Shown here one piece after another: positions 1-13,652 of a DNA stretch of 64,000 nucleotides. The notes beneath the pieces are model-generated. The model was given only the letters and a program-made list of their open reading frames with translations, ran no database searches and was not told the DNA's origin. The DNA is from Mobula hypostoma (lineage: Eukaryota): assembly GCF_963921235.1 (NCBI RefSeq), contig NC_086097.1, positions 156,304,001-156,368,000 of the forward strand, written 5' to 3'. Position numbers and translations under genes: made by a program. Numbering within the stretch: position 1 is the stretch's first letter; each line of letters opens with the position of its first letter.

Positions 1-106
1 TTCTAAGATTCAACTTTGCAGCCCTCCAAATCTCTTTGCTTGTCCTTCCCTCACTTCTTTTGGGATATCCAAAGTTGTTGTTTCTTATGACCCTCAGGCA
101 ATAAGG

Positions 107-240
107 GCATGGTGGTGCTAAAGTTAGTGCTCCTGCCTCACATTTCCAGCTACCTGAGTACACACTCTTTTTGTGAATGTATTGGATGGTCCAGGTTTCA
201 CCCACATCTCAAAGATATGCTGGTAAGTCAATAGGCCACA
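107..240 (+). mobile_element. Degenerate tRNA-derived V-SINE remnant
   Basis: A-box-like GGCATGGTGGTGCTAAAGTTAGTGCTCCTGCCTCACA head and V-domain-like TCCAGGTTTCACCCACATCTCAAAGA; resembles the clearer copy at 13653. Confidence 0.5.
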
Positions 241-540
241 AAATATTATGGTTTAGTAATAGGCTAACGGCAAAAAAAGATCACAGGCATGTAATTGAAT
301 GAGAAAAAATAATTTGCAAAGATATAGGGATATATTGTACATATGGTGAGTATGAATGGATCCAATGCAATTGTCTTCTGGGAGCTGATAGGAGCTCAAT
401 AGGTCAAATGGATGCCTTTTGTGTGTGTGAGTAAGACTTCCTTCTAACCTATTCAGCTTGTTCTCGCTTGCCTTTTACAGCTGCACTTTAAACCATGCAT
501 TTAGTCACCCAATTCTTGGCTTAGAACAAAATGTTATAGG

Positions 541-1655
541 ACCATAAGACCGTAAGACATAGAAGCAGAATTAGGCCATTTGGCCCATCGAGCCTTTTTG
601 CCATTCAATCATGGCTGATCCTTTTCTCACCTCCTCAGCCCCACTCCCCGGCTTTCCCGCCATAACATTTGATGTCGTGTCCAATCAAGAACCTATCAAT
701 CTCTGCCTTAAATACACCCACAAGCTGGCCTCCACAGCTGCCTGTGGTAAGAAATTCCACAAATTCTAGCTAAAGAAATTTCTCCGCATCCCTGTTTTAA
801 ATGTATGCCTCTCTATCCTAAGGCTGTGCCCTCTTGTCCTAGACTACCTAACCATGGGAAACATCCTTTCCACATCTACTCTGTCTAGACCTTTCAACAT
901 TTGAAAGGTGTTAATAAGATCCTCCTCATCCTTCTAAATTCTGGCGAGTACAGACCCAGAGCCATCAAATGTTCTTCGTATGATAACCCTTTCATTCCTG
1001 GAATCATCCTTGTGAAACTCCTCTGAACCCTCTCCAATGTTAGCAAAACTTTTCTTAGATAAGGAGCCCAGAACTATTCACAATACTCAAGGTGAGTCCA
1101 CACCAGTGCCTTTTAAAGACTCAGCATCACAAGCCTGCTTTTGTATTCTGGACCTCTTGAAATGAATGCTGGAATTGTATTTGCCTTCCTCACCACTGAC
1201 TCAACCTGCAAGTTAACCTTTAGGGTGTTCTGCAAGTCTCCCAAGTCTGTTTGCATCACAGGTTTTTGGATATTCTCCCCACTTAGAAAATAGTCTGCAT
1301 ATTTATTTCTTCTACCAAAGTGCATGACCATGCATTTTCCAACATTGTATTTCATTTGCCACTCTCTCGTCCATTCTTCTGATCAGTCTAAGTTCCTCTG
1401 CAGCCTACCTGTTTCCTTAACACTACCTGACCCTCCTCCAATCTTCATATCATCTGCAAATCTGGCAACAAAGCCATCTATTCTATCATATAATTCATTG
1501 ATATACAGCATAAAAAGAAGTGGTCCCAACACCGACCCCTGCGGAACATCATTAGTCACTGGTAGCCAACCAGATAAGAATCCTTTTATTCCTACTCGCT
1601 GCCTCCTAACAATCAGTCAATGCTCTAACCATGCCAGTAACTTTCCTGTAATATC
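541..1655 (-). mobile_element. CR1 LINE, 5'-truncated 3' fragment (RT C-terminus plus tail)
   Basis: Minus-strand MKYNVGKCMVMHFG...ESVVRKAN and GVPQGSVLGP region; (CCATAAGA)n tail at 541-558; frameshifted. Confidence 0.92.
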
Positions 1656-2825
1656 ACATAATGCTCCTTTGAAGCTCCACGTGACCTGTATAATATTAAA
1701 GGAGCTTTATTAAACAGATGGTTCTTGTTATTTGTTTTAACAGAATAAATCAAAAATTCAAGTTTCTTTGTTTTCACTAGTAGGTCAGGGACATAGGATT
1801 TCATAATAATGTTGATCCAAAAGAAAGATACTAAAAGCAATTGAAAGCTTCATCTCATCTGACCAATTCCTAGCCTGGTTGCTATTCCCAACAGGGTTGG
1901 CATGCTGGAGATCAGCAGGCTTCATTGTTAATTTTTACATGTCAGTACATAAAATCTGACCTGAATATTTGAACCAGATCTTATGACTTTTCATTGCCTT
2001 ACTTAAAATTGTATCAAACAAGTCAGGACAGATCACAACGACTTTGCTCACATGGTAAAGTTAAGATGACAGGGAGTAAATATGTAAGCTTGTTAGAGTT
2101 GAGCCATTTTCTGAGAAATTCTAGAATGATTCTTTTGTTAGTTGTATTGTATTTCAGCCTTATGGTTGATTCCAAGTTTCTGAGAAAATGCTGAGATCAT
2201 TACTAATGCTATTGCATATTCTTCAAGAGTTTGTATTGCTTTTTTAAATATCTCGAACCATGAATTTTACCAATACATTCAGTTCCTCAGACATAATTTC
2301 GTTTGCTTCCCTTCTTCATGTGGTCCCTAAAGTACTTTCAGTGACTTGATTCCTGCAGAAATGCATCATTTTATCAGACCATTTTCCTATTCTCTGATAC
2401 AATGAATCATCATTTTATCCACCATTTTATCCTTGCCCTCAGTAGCTTCTCCTAACTCCTCTGTCAATGTTCTGCGCTTTAGTATTTTCTTATTTTGTGC
2501 TTACAGACATTTGGAGACAATCAAAGAAAACAGACAGGAGAACAGTAAAATGCATGATTGTACAATACTAACCGCATTGTTTTTTCACTCAAAGTCAAAA
2601 TGAACCTATTAAAAGTAATATGTAAAAACTTAATGAACATGAAAAATAACATAAGTTATACTACAATTTGGCTAAAGATAATAAATACATACACATTGTG
2701 ATGCAAGATCAAGTTTGTCATCCTAGAAACATTTGTTTATTTATTCCTGAATGTAAGAGAGCTCTCTTAACATTTACAGTTTCAGTGGCAATCTACAACA
2801 GTAAATAATTTACAGCTCATGTGTC

Positions 2826-3531
2826 TATGAAGGTTCTCAGTCATCCAGGTCATTGTGTATCAAGCAGTAGTAAATCAAGGCAACTGGACTTGCAGTGTTG
2901 TCTGGAAGATGTTTTGCCACTGATCAAAGGGGCTTCTTCAGTTCTGATCCATGGTGGGTAATAAAATCTGGCTTTTGTGAGTTGTTCAAAGATATATCAA
3001 GCACATGAGGGTCATTTAGAGTCACAGAGGTAATGAGAGGGTCATTAGTCTAAATAACCACTTCACAAATGGATGACCCAAAATAGGAGGGCTAGCACCT
3101 CAGGCCAAGACCCGGCTGTATACCTACACCTAAAGGATAAGGGACACTCCTTTGACGATAATGATGTGTACATTTTGGGCAGGGAAGACTGGTGGCTTGA
3201 AGGAGGAGTTAAAGAAGCCATCCCTGATCAGAGTGGTTGGGGTACAACACCACCTATTAGCTACTTACAATGCAGTCCTAACATTTCTACCCTGGTGTCT
3301 TCACCACAGTTTACACCTCCTTTCGTGCAAAGATAAGACTAATGGCCCTCTTATTACCTCTATGACTTAAACATCCCTCATGTGACTGCTACACCTTTAA
3401 ACAACTCACAGAGTTTATAAGCCGGAAAATACCCACCATGGATCAGAACTGAAGAAGCCTCTCGGTTGAGTAGCAAACCATCTTCAAGACAACCCAGCAT
3501 GTCAAGTTGCCTTGATTCACTACTGCTTGAT
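2826..3531 (+). mobile_element. Penelope-like element (family B), truncated, with inverted terminal repeats
   Basis: GIY-YIG C-terminal peptide SGQDPAVYLHLKDKGHSFDDNDVYILGREDWWLEGGVKEAI (3073-3220); arms ~2860-3050 and ~3336-3531 are reverse complements. Confidence 0.85.
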
Positions 3532-4439
3532 AAATTTTCTAAATTACTAAATCTGATAATATTATGTTAATAATTTTATTTAGTCACAAGTAATTTTTCA
3601 TTTTAACTGATTTGCAGTAATTGAACATGGAGCTTTAATCACCATCTGTTAGTAAATAGAAAATTCTTGATTTTAGGCAAGTATTACTGGCTTATTGCTG
3701 CTATCAAAATGATTAACAGTTTGAAATTTTGTTGGAAACAGATAACTGTTACCCTGAATGAACAAATCTTTAAATGTGTATGACAGTTATGTAAAATATG
3801 TGATAATAAAAATACTTTCCAAAAGTAGTCTTCTTTCCTCTTCAACATTATCAAAAATCTCAACATTTCTGGATTAGGTTTGGCAGACTGTAATTTTAAG
3901 GCAAACTTTATATTAAAAATTATAAACCTACCACAAAACACAGTTGGTGGTCTACTCAAGACTATCTAATACATTCAATACAATGTAGAAATCATGAATT
4001 TGGGATAAACCATGATGCCAGTGAATAGAATAGTACACAAGCATAAAAGGTCTGCTGTACCGATGGATGCAACCCTACCCCTGGCTGACAATCGATAACT
4101 GGTAGTTGTTGCTTGAAGCAGAGAATAATAAAGGGTTAAACCAAATAAAGACTGACTTCAATACCCTTTTACTTAAGTTTTTTTATGGCAATATTAATGA
4201 GAGTGAAATTAACAGAGTGCATTGGTTACCTATCATTATCTGGTGATATGTCTGAGCCCATGGTGTATTCACTGTTGCCCAGCATTCAGGATACTGGAAG
4301 AGTTAGCCTGCCAGACATGAAGGAGACCATATTAATGGCAATAGGGAATAATAAAGGGTATCCACGGGGTGATTTGAATATACATAGACAGTAAAAGGTA
4401 GAACACCTCACAGTTATTGCTGGATGATTTTGGGTACAG

Positions 4440-4635
4440 AATGTGCATATATGGATCAAGCTGCCAGAGGAAATAACAGTGGTAGGTGCAATTATGACAA
4501 TTAAAATATATTTGGATAGGCACATGCTTAAGAAAAGTTTTGAGGGATATGGACCAAATGCAGGCAAATGTGACCAGCTCAGTTAGGCATTGGGATGAAC
4601 AGTCTGCTTCAATGCTCTACTGCTCTGACTCTATA
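4440..4635 (+). mobile_element. CR1 3' end fragment
   Basis: WIKLPEE-type ORF2 C-terminus, GAGGGATATGGACCAAATGCAGGCAAATG and CTCTGACTCTAT tail. Confidence 0.7.
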
Positions 4636-5164
4636 ACTAGACCTGGACCAACAACAATTATGGGCACCTAATAATAACAGACCCTGGTATCCCATTCCAC
4701 AGATGACAGTGAGTGTGCAAAACTTTTTACCCAAGCAATTTGACACATACAAAAATATTGGTATTTAGAAATATAGCAAGGGCTTGGAAAAAGGAGCTTA
4801 TTGAAGGTGAGACACTGAAAACAAAGAAGGAAGAATGAATCCTATTAAGATCCATATGGAAAAATGAAGGGACCATTGTAATAATGGTGACTGGGGACAT
4901 CCCCCTCCACCCCATCATACGGACCTCTGGCTGGGAGAGGACAAAATCAGCTTCAGAATTCTGATAGACATGGGATTAACATTTCCATTATTTTCTTTAT
5001 ATCTTTGCATTGCTTTATGAAATTTACTGTTCAGTCTAATTTCACCCACTCTTTCCAGGTTATTTGTGCTATAAAAGTTTTAGGAAGATTTTTTTTCCAC
5101 CCAGAGGATTGGTTGCAATCCAGAATGCATTTCCTAAAAGGGGTTATTTCATATTTCATTTACA

Positions 5165-5425
5165 AACGAGGTAGAGATGAGGAGTAATTTCTTTAGCCAG
5201 AGGTTAGTGAATCTGTGGAATTCATTGCCACAGGCAGCTATGGAGGCCAAGTCATTGTGTATATTTAAAGCAGGGGTTTAATTTCTTAATTAGTCAAAGT
5301 GTCAAAAGTTATGATGGGAAGGCTGGAGAATGGGTTTAAGAGGGAAAATAACTCAACCGTTATGGAATGGCGGAGCAGGCTCAGTGAGCCAAATGGCCTA
5401 ATTCTGCTCCTATATCTTATGGTCA
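5165..5425 (+). mobile_element. CR1 3' end fragment
   Basis: GTGAATCTGTGGAATTCATTGCCACAG...AAATGGCCTAATTCTGCTCCTATATCTTATGG. Confidence 0.8.
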
Positions 5426-6564
5426 CGTAGAATGACTACTGTTCTTTTTTTTTAAAATCTGTAACATATTATTTTGCCTTTTCCATCTCTAAAGATGATA
5501 GCTCAACAATGTCCTTCATCTATTCAGATGTCTAACACAGTGTACAGTAGTCTAAGAGGCCTCATATAAAGCTATTCAAGGAGTGCAGGCATTATGCAAC
5601 CCAAAGTTAACATTTGGATTGGAACTACCTGAATCTTGAATCTGTTGATTAATGCACTGCTCCTTGAGAAGATAAATAAGTTAAGCCTACTGAATTTCTT
5701 TTAATATAAACTTTTACAGCATGATCATCATCAATATTAATTCTATTTGCTTTAGTAGTAGCCTTAATCAATCTACCATTATCAATACCAAATCTGTTTT
5801 AACGTTTTCACCACAAGAACGTTCTACAAACCAAGGCGTGCTTAGTCATAACACTAATGTGTAGAAATTGGTTTGCCAATAACTTATATTAGGAGCATAT
5901 GATAAGGTGTCAAGATATATGATAAAATCCCAAATGTCAGTAAATCACATTAGTCTAATCCAGTTTCTCAAAGCAAGTGGAAGGATTAAATATTTGCTGC
6001 CACAGCCATTTTCTACTGGCATACTTCCAGGTGCTCACTTAGTGAATAATTAAAAGTATTCTTTTACATCAGATTACCTGAGTACCTTGCATTGTATCTC
6101 CCCATTGATTAAGCTGACTAAGGGTTCTGAGCAATATTGCTGGATGTATCTACAGGTTTTTGTCCAATTGCAATCAGATACTCAGTGTAGGACAACTAGA
6201 ATTATGCTTAGCTTAGCTGTGATCATGTCAGAGTCTATAAAGAAAATTATTGGAAAAGTTCTGAAATTAATGGTTATACTGGTCGACTTTTATTTTCCTG
6301 CTGGCATTTAAATTTTATATTAACTATACTGTGCATTTGATCTAACATTTGTATAGAATTACAAAAAGCTTACAACCCAGAGGAGGTCCACTATATCTGT
6401 GACAGTTAACAAAGAGATATCCAACCTGACCTCCTCATCCAGTGTGATGTCTGAGGCACTGTAGGTCACAGCTCTTCAAGTGTTCATCCAAGTGCTTTGA
6501 AAATGCCGTGAGACCTTTAGTCTCTATCACCCTTGGTTGTGACTCAAACTTCAGCCACCCTCTT

Positions 6565-8868
6565 GGTGATGCTCTACTCCCTTTCTTGAATAAAGGAACA
6601 ACATCCGCAACCCTTCAATCCTCCAGAACCTCTCCCGTACCACAAAGATTATCACCAGAGGCTCAGCAATCTCCTCCCTCGCCTCCCACAGTAGCCTGGG
6701 GTACATCTCATCCAGTCCTGGCAACTTATCCAAATTGATGCTTTCCAAAAGCTCCAGCACATCCTCTTTCTTAATATCTACATACTCAAGCTTTTCAGTC
6801 CTCTGCAAGTCATCACTACAATCACCAAGATCCTTTTCCATAGTGGATACTGAAGTAAAGTAATCATTAAGTACCTCTGCTATTTCCTCCAGTTCCATAC
6901 ACACTTTCCCACTATCACTCTTGGTAGGTTCTATTTATTCACGTCTTATCCTCTTGCTCTTCACATACTTGTAGATTGCCTTGGGGTTTTCCTTAATCCT
7001 GCCCACCAAGGCCTTCTCATGGCCCCTTCTGGCTCTCCTAATTTCCTTCTTAAGCTCCTTCCCGTTCGTATTATAATCTTCTAGATCTCTAACATTACCT
7101 AGCTCTCTGAACCTTTCGTAAGCTTTTCTTTTCTTCTTGACTAGACTTACTACAGCCTTTATACACCACGGTTCCTGTACTCTACCATAACTTTTCTGTC
7201 TCATTGGAATGTACCTATGCAGAACTCCCCACAAATATCCCCTGAACATTTGCCACAGTTGTCCGTACCTTTCCCTGAGAACATCTGTTTCCAATTTAAG
7301 CTTCCAAGTTTCTGCCTGACTGCCTCATAATTCCCCTTACTCCAATTAAATGCTTCTCTAACTTGTCTGTGCCTATCTCTCTCCAATGCTATTGCAAAGG
7401 AGATAGAATTATGATCACTATCTCTAAAACGCTCTCCCACTGACACCTGATTAGGTTCATTTCCCAATACCAAAGCAAATACAGTCTCTTCTCTTGTAGG
7501 CTTATCTATGTATTATGTCAAGAAACCTTTCTGAACACACCTAATAAACTCCACCCCATCAAAACCCCTTGGTCTAGGGAGATGCCAATTGATATTTGGG
7601 AAATTAAAATCTCCTACCATGAAAACTCTGTTATTATTATACCTTTCCAGGATTTGTTTCCCTATCTGCTCCTCGATATCCCTGTTACTATTAGGCGGCC
7701 TATAAAAAACACTCAGTAAAGTTATTGACCCCTTCCTGTTCCTAACCTCAACCCACAGAGACTCCGTAGATAATCCCTCCATAGTGTCCACCTTTTCTGC
7801 AGCTGTGACACTATCTCTGATGAACAGTGCCACGCCCCCACCTCTTTTGCCTCCCTCCCTGTCCTTTCTGAAACATCTAAAACCCGGCACTTGAAGTAAC
7901 CATTCCTGTCCCTGGGCCATCCAAGTCTCTGTTATGGCCACTACTTCATATCTCCAAGTACTGATCCACGCTCTAAACTCATCTGCTTTGTTCACAATAT
8001 TCCTCACGTTATAATAGGCACATCTCAAACCGTCGGTCCGAGCGTGTCCTTTCTCTATCACCTGCCTATCCTCCCCCTCACAATGTCTACACGCTTTCTC
8101 TATTTGTGAGCCAACAGCCTCTTCCCCAGTCTCTTCAGTTTGGTTCCCACCCCGCAACAATTCTAGTTTAAGCTCTCCCCAATAGCCTTAGCAAACCTCC
8201 CCGCCTGGATATTGGTCCTCCTGGGATTAAAGTGCAACCCATCCTTTTGTACAGGTCACACCTGCCCCAGTAGAGGTCCCAATGATCCAGAAATCTAAAT
8301 CCCTGCCCCCTGCTCCAATCCCTCAGCCACGCATTTATCTTCCACCTCACTCTATTCCTATACTCAACTGTCATGTGGCACAGGCAGTAAACCTGAAATT
8401 ACTACATTTGCTGTCCTGATTCTCAACTTCGTTCCTAACTCCCTGTAGTCCGTTTTCAGGACCTCGTCCCTTTTCCTACCTATGTCATTGGTACCAATAT
8501 GTACCTTGACCTCTGGCTGTTCTCCCTCCCAATGCAGGATATTGTGGACGTGATCTGAAACATCCCAGACCCTGGCACTATGGAGGCAAACTAGCATCCG
8601 AGTTTCTTTCCTGCATCCACAAAATCACCTGTCTGATCCCCTAACTATAGATTCCCCTATCACTACTGCTTTCCTCTTCCTTTCCCTACCCTTCTGAGCG
8701 ACAGGGCCAGACTCTATACCAGAGGCATGCCCACTATTGCTTCCCCCAGGTAGGCTGTCCCCCCCCCAGCAGTACTCAAACAGGAGTACTTATTGTTCAG
8801 GGGGACAGCCACAGGGGTAATCTTTACTACCTGACTCTTGCCCTTCCCTCTCTTGACTGTTACCCACA
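6565..8868 (-). mobile_element. CR1 LINE internal fragment: ORF1 (SGNH/GDSL esterase) plus ORF2 APE endonuclease and linker, degenerate
   Basis: ORF1 motifs HIGTNDIG, VVISGLLP, INAWLRDW..GQGFRFLDHW (8168-8597); APE motifs VAITETW, GGGVALFIR, FYRPPNS, VGDFNFP (7513-8160); stops and frameshifts. Confidence 0.93.
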
Positions 8869-9993
8869 ATAATTGGATAATTTGTTCTGGAAAAGTTTCC
8901 TTTGGGTAAGGTTCTTCTGAGAACTTCTTCTGCAAAGGTGTGGTATTGGAAATCGAGCAAATTACGAAACAGTTAGTATGATCCTATTTCTAATTGATTC
9001 ATCTTCACTATCCAATTCTTCTATATTTCCATCCTGTACCAAGTATTCTTAGGGCCGTTTACTTCTTCCTTGAGCAGAGGCCGAACAGGCACTTCAATAA
9101 AAGCAATAATCATTTTTGCGATACCTTAAATGTAGCAAATTTCTTCAAAGTGCTTTGAGGAGGCCCATCAAAATGGAATATAACACAAACAGCCTTAGAA
9201 AAGAAAGAGGATTTAGGGCCCTGGAATTTTGCTGAACCATGAAAGGGAGATTTGAGAAAAAGAATAAGATTTTATGTTTTGAATTTAACATTTGTTCAAC
9301 CTGGGTTTATTTTGGACAGCATACACATTGGGGATGGGTAAATAGACACAAATTAGGACAAGACAGCAAACATCTGAATGATCTAAAATTTACTGAGATT
9401 AGAATGAGAGAAGGTAGCTGAAGTGCATCGGAATAGTCAAGTTTTGATCAAATGAGTGAATGGCCAAGAGCTTCAGTAGTTGTGTGTGCTGGGCAGCAGT
9501 GGACGTCACAGTCCCAACCATTAATTCCCATTTTCTCCTAATTCCCTTTGATGACGGCACACCTGGTTTTCATCAAGACCTACAGCATAAGAACCCTGGC
9601 TTTGCACCCACTAGTTGCCAGATCGTTGGTTTTGCCAGTGCAGTAATTAACGCTTCCTGGCTGCTTAGGATTATGTGTCCTAAGTTTTGCTTCAGTACCG
9701 AGATTTATCTATGAAACTCAGGCTACGTCCACACTAGACCAGATAATTTTGAAAACGGCGATTTCACGTAAAAATGATAGGCATCCACACCAGGTGTTTT
9801 TGAATATACCTCTGTCCACATTAAAAACGGTATTTTGCCGAATCTCCTCCTATTGGGCATGCGCAGGACACATCTACAGAAAGCAACTGAAGAGGAGGCA
9901 GTATTCTATTTCCATTTCTGCTGTGGCCTTGTACTATTTCAGTTGGTTAAAATCTGGAGTATCTACAACAACAGCGAGAGAAAGTTTTCAACA

Positions 9994-10999
9994 ATGTCTG
10001 CGAGAGATACAAAGAAAACCTCCATTGGAAAAAATAGGCCAAACTTTTTCATTTGGATAGACGATGAAGTCGAGCTGCTTCTGCGAGTTACAGACGACTA
10101 CAAAGTCAGCAAAGCAGTGGAGAACATGGACTGGGAGTCGTGCCAAACCAAATACAACGACATCCTCGACCGCTATAAAGAACAGTACCTCACAGCAGAG
10201 CGGTCGGAATCTCTGGGTAAGGACTACCCGCACAAATTGGACGATATAACCAAGACAATTATTGTAACCAAACTTACGGCTATTTGCCACAAATACCGAC
10301 AGGCAGTGGACGCAGGACGAAAACGTGGACACGGTAGAGTCGTTCTACTGTAATTTGAGTTGTGTGAGCTGATCTGGGGGGCAGGGGGGGCACACCAGCC
10401 ACCTCAGCAGTTCAAGGCGGCATTGAAACCTGTGATTTGGAGGATAGGGTCAACGCACATCACAGCGACCGATGTATAGTCTCTTCAACCGCTTCGACGA
10501 GTACGCTGACTCTGACAGTTTGGACCAAGCAACAGGTGGTGGCTGCAACATGTTTGGTGTCGAATCTCACCGCAAAAGACTTGATGCGCGCGTGTCCAGT
10601 TACAGACTGGAAAACCTTTAAAAGAAATTGCCAAACGATGGACAGCTGTTGGCTGTTGCTCAGGAGGACTTAAAACTAAAGAAGCAAATACTGGAGCACA
10701 TGGAGTCAGCCGACAGGGAGTTCATGGACAGTATGACCCGACTGACGACGAACATTGAAAAACTGTCTAACTGTGTTGCAGAGGGATTTGCAATGATGAG
10801 GAATTTGATGGCCCCCCACCAGTACTTTTCACCGCCACAATACCAGCCTCACAGCCACTACAACAGCTACACATACAGACACACAGACCCCCGGGTGGCC
10901 CCACCAATATCTTCCTCACTTCCACAGAGGGGTCACTCTGCAAACATTTCCTACAGCCATAGTCTCTTCACAGATGAAAGTAATTTTATTTTTACCTGA
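9994..10999 (+). pseudogene. Harbinger Myb/SANT (trihelix)-like DNA-binding protein, disrupted
   Basis: FIWIDDEVELLL...WESCQTKYNDI...YRQAVDAGRKRGHGRVV, stop at 10351-10353, continued by the QLLAVAQEDLKLKKQILEHM coiled-coil ORF (10628-10999). Confidence 0.82.
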
Positions 11000-11321
11000 G
11001 TAAAGGTGAAACTTACCATTTTCTTTTTGTGACCTTAACATTTTCATGTCTATGCCAAACATAAGTTACTACTTAAAATGACATTTGGAAGTAGTGACAA
11101 TTGCATCTAATGAATGTTTGCACAAGCAATACAATAGTAAAGCACCTTGTTAAATGTATAAAACATGTCTGCATCAGTGTTATCTTGTATTTCCATACTA
11201 TGTTACTTAAGGCTGTTTCACATCTATTGTCAAAGAAGTATTTGCATAAATAGGTAAACCACCTTAATACAAGCAAGGACAGAAAACAAGGCGAAGTGAG
11301 TATACTTATTTACTTAGTAAG

Positions 11322-12547
11322 TTATGGGTCAAAGTATTTGGTGAGTACATTTCTAACTCTTCTGGCTTCAGTCTCGTTGCCGTCTATTCTGAAATTGTTA
11401 GGTTATGTGGGGGGTTGAAATTCTCCGTCATACTGCAAAGCTGCAGTAACATTCTGCTCAGGAACAGTCTCTTTGTTTGTCTCACAGAAATTGTGCAGCA
11501 CAGAGCATGCATAAATAACAAAGTGAAGGTCCTCCATGTTTATGTCCATTGCTCTGCGCAGAGCACCAAATCATGCCTTCAAACATCCAAAAGAGCATTC
11601 AATTACCATTCTTGACTTGCAGAAGGTCATGCCAAAGTACTGTTCCTGTGGGGTCACACCACCGTTAGTGCTCTCTTTCATAACATAAGGCATCAGGGGG
11701 TATGCAGGGTCTCCCAGCAAAAAAACGGGTACGGCATCCTCACCCTCCACCACAACTCATCTGTAAGAGGGGATCCTCCCATTTTTCAAGTAGTCATTAA
11801 CTTTTGAATTTGCAGATATACGGTCATCATGGACACTGCCTGGCCATTTCACAACAACATCCATAAAGCAGAATTTTTAATCACATGTAGCCTGTACGTT
11901 CAAAGAAAATCTGCCCTTTCTGTTCAGGTAATCTGTGGAGTTTGTTGTAGGCTGTTTAACTTCAATGTGTGTGCAATCAACCGCTCCCAAACACTGTAGC
12001 ATGTCATGAGGTGGTGGAAGTTGGTTACACTTCAGACCCTGTGCGTGGGATCATGATATATGCAGGGCCCATAGTTCTCTAATTACCTTGGACACCACCT
12101 GCCTTGATAATCCAAATGTATCAGCCGTTTTCCTGAGCCTTCCTTCGTTGATTAGGTATTACAAAGGCAAGCGACCTTTTTAACCACATCCACTGGTGAA
12201 CTCATTCATGTTGCCTGGCCTTCGACGTGAGGACATAATAGTTCGCTTAGGTGAAGCAAGGAGTTCCAGGACGTTCTAAAGTTATCACACCATTCTTCAG
12301 GAACCACAACTTCATTTGCAAAATTGTCCCACCATGCACAGGTTCAGCCGGGTAGTCTCCAAAACCGCCGGTCTTTGTACGGTTGATAACGTTGTGCAGA
12401 TCCATTACACAGCAACTGTGAGCACAAACGGTGCCATTTTGTACGTAGATATGTTGTCTGTGCCTGGTAGATAGCTATGTTTAACTTCAAACAAGCTATT
12501 AACATAGACAAGAAAGTAAACAACACACGCATGAAGCCGTCCGCCAT
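11322..12547 (-). pseudogene. Harbinger (HARBI1-like) DDE transposase, disrupted
   Basis: [63 protein letters not shown]; in-frame stops and frameshifts. Confidence 0.92.
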
Positions 12548-13249
12548 TGTTGTTGTGGTGTTGGAGGGTGCGTTCAAGAAAACAATGAAATGCCGTGCTG
12601 CCGTCACCATCTGTTCCGGCACGTCATGACAGTGGTTTTAAAAATAGCCAGTTACCCCATACACACTATGCCGGGTATCAGGTGTTTTCAGTTTTATTCA
12701 CTCTGGAAAGCGTTTCTGAAAATCTCCATTTTCAGGAGAGGAAAATGCCGTTTCGGTGTGGATGGAGGGTCAGAACGAAGAGAAAAAGCTTCGGTTACGG
12801 ACTTATCAGGTCTACTGTGGACATAGCCTTCGTCTCTCTGCGTCAACATCAGTTTTCTAAGTTCTACTCCAGTTCTGAGGTTTACCTGTGAAACCCAGTC
12901 TTTCCGTGTCAAGACAAATTCTGCCTGTCTCCTGCCTTTCTGTTCTCCCTCCTGTTTGCTTTCCAATGCTCACGACCGCGTCTGCATCCTAACTAAATCT
13001 CCGTGCCAATGCGTTGCCTCATTCGTTGCAAGAGGACTTGGACTATGGTGCTGAGGTGTAAATGGAGATCTTGATATGTATATGCTGTCAAATGGTCAGC
13101 TCAATATTAAAAATAATGATATATTTGAGGCATAGTTCAGTACCAGTCACTTAGATTGGAGAATGATGGAATCAATAGTATTTCTGGCTGTGTCTGAAGT
13201 CCGTGCTTTTGGCCCTTTCAGTGTTCAGTTAGAGCTGGACACTTGGTGG

Positions 13250-13381
13250 CAGGTGCATGAAGTGCCCTGCCAGGGTGGTGGTAGAGGGGGATACACTAGG
13301 AGCATTTAAAAAGCTCTTAGATAGGTACAGCATTGTGGGGTGAAAGGCCTGTGCTGTACTGTAATGTTATATGTTCTATGT
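13250..13381 (+). mobile_element. CR1 3' end fragment
   Basis: GCCCTGCCAGGGTGGTGGTAGAGG...GGCCTGTGCTGTACTGTAATGTTATATGTTCTATG tail. Confidence 0.7.
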
Positions 13382-13652
13382 CCTAGTTCGAGAAAAATCC
13401 TACTTTTCCAGCGTTTGTTATTAAACAAGGAACCTGACAATTTAGAGACAGGGGAGATAAAAATACAACATAACAATTGCCCTTCTTTACCACAATAAAT
13501 TCTTGGCTGCAATACCAGTTTGATGTCTGTTACCCCAAGTTTCTATAATTGAAAAATCTGATTGCCTCAGCTTCCTTAGTTCTCTTAGCTGGTGGTGACA
13601 AGGAGTGAGGAGTGGTCAGTGGAAGTAAAAGTCAACGATGCTTCAGATGACT

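Larger units (their letters stand above)
9721..12828. mobile_element. PIF/Harbinger DNA transposon, full-length, decayed
   Basis: 26-bp TIRs GGCTACGTCCACACTAGACCAGATAA (9721-9746) and 12803-12828 (23/26 match); two convergent genes, Myb/SANT-like and DDE. Confidence 0.93.
9481..13030 (+). mobile_element. Probable solo-LTR-like host sequence split by the Harbinger insertion
   Basis: CACACCTG...CATAAG LTR-like motifs at 9558-9590; 42-bp internal direct repeat either side of the Harbinger; boundaries uncertain, no TSD found. Confidence 0.3.

Noticed and set aside
8168..8597. Captured cellular or bacterial GDSL lipase
   Set aside because: An SGNH esterase domain is a known part of CR1 ORF1 and sits directly upstream of ORF2 here
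11322..12547. Domesticated HARBI1/NAIF1 host genes
   Set aside because: Both genes lie between TIRs and carry stops and frameshifts, so this is a decayed transposon
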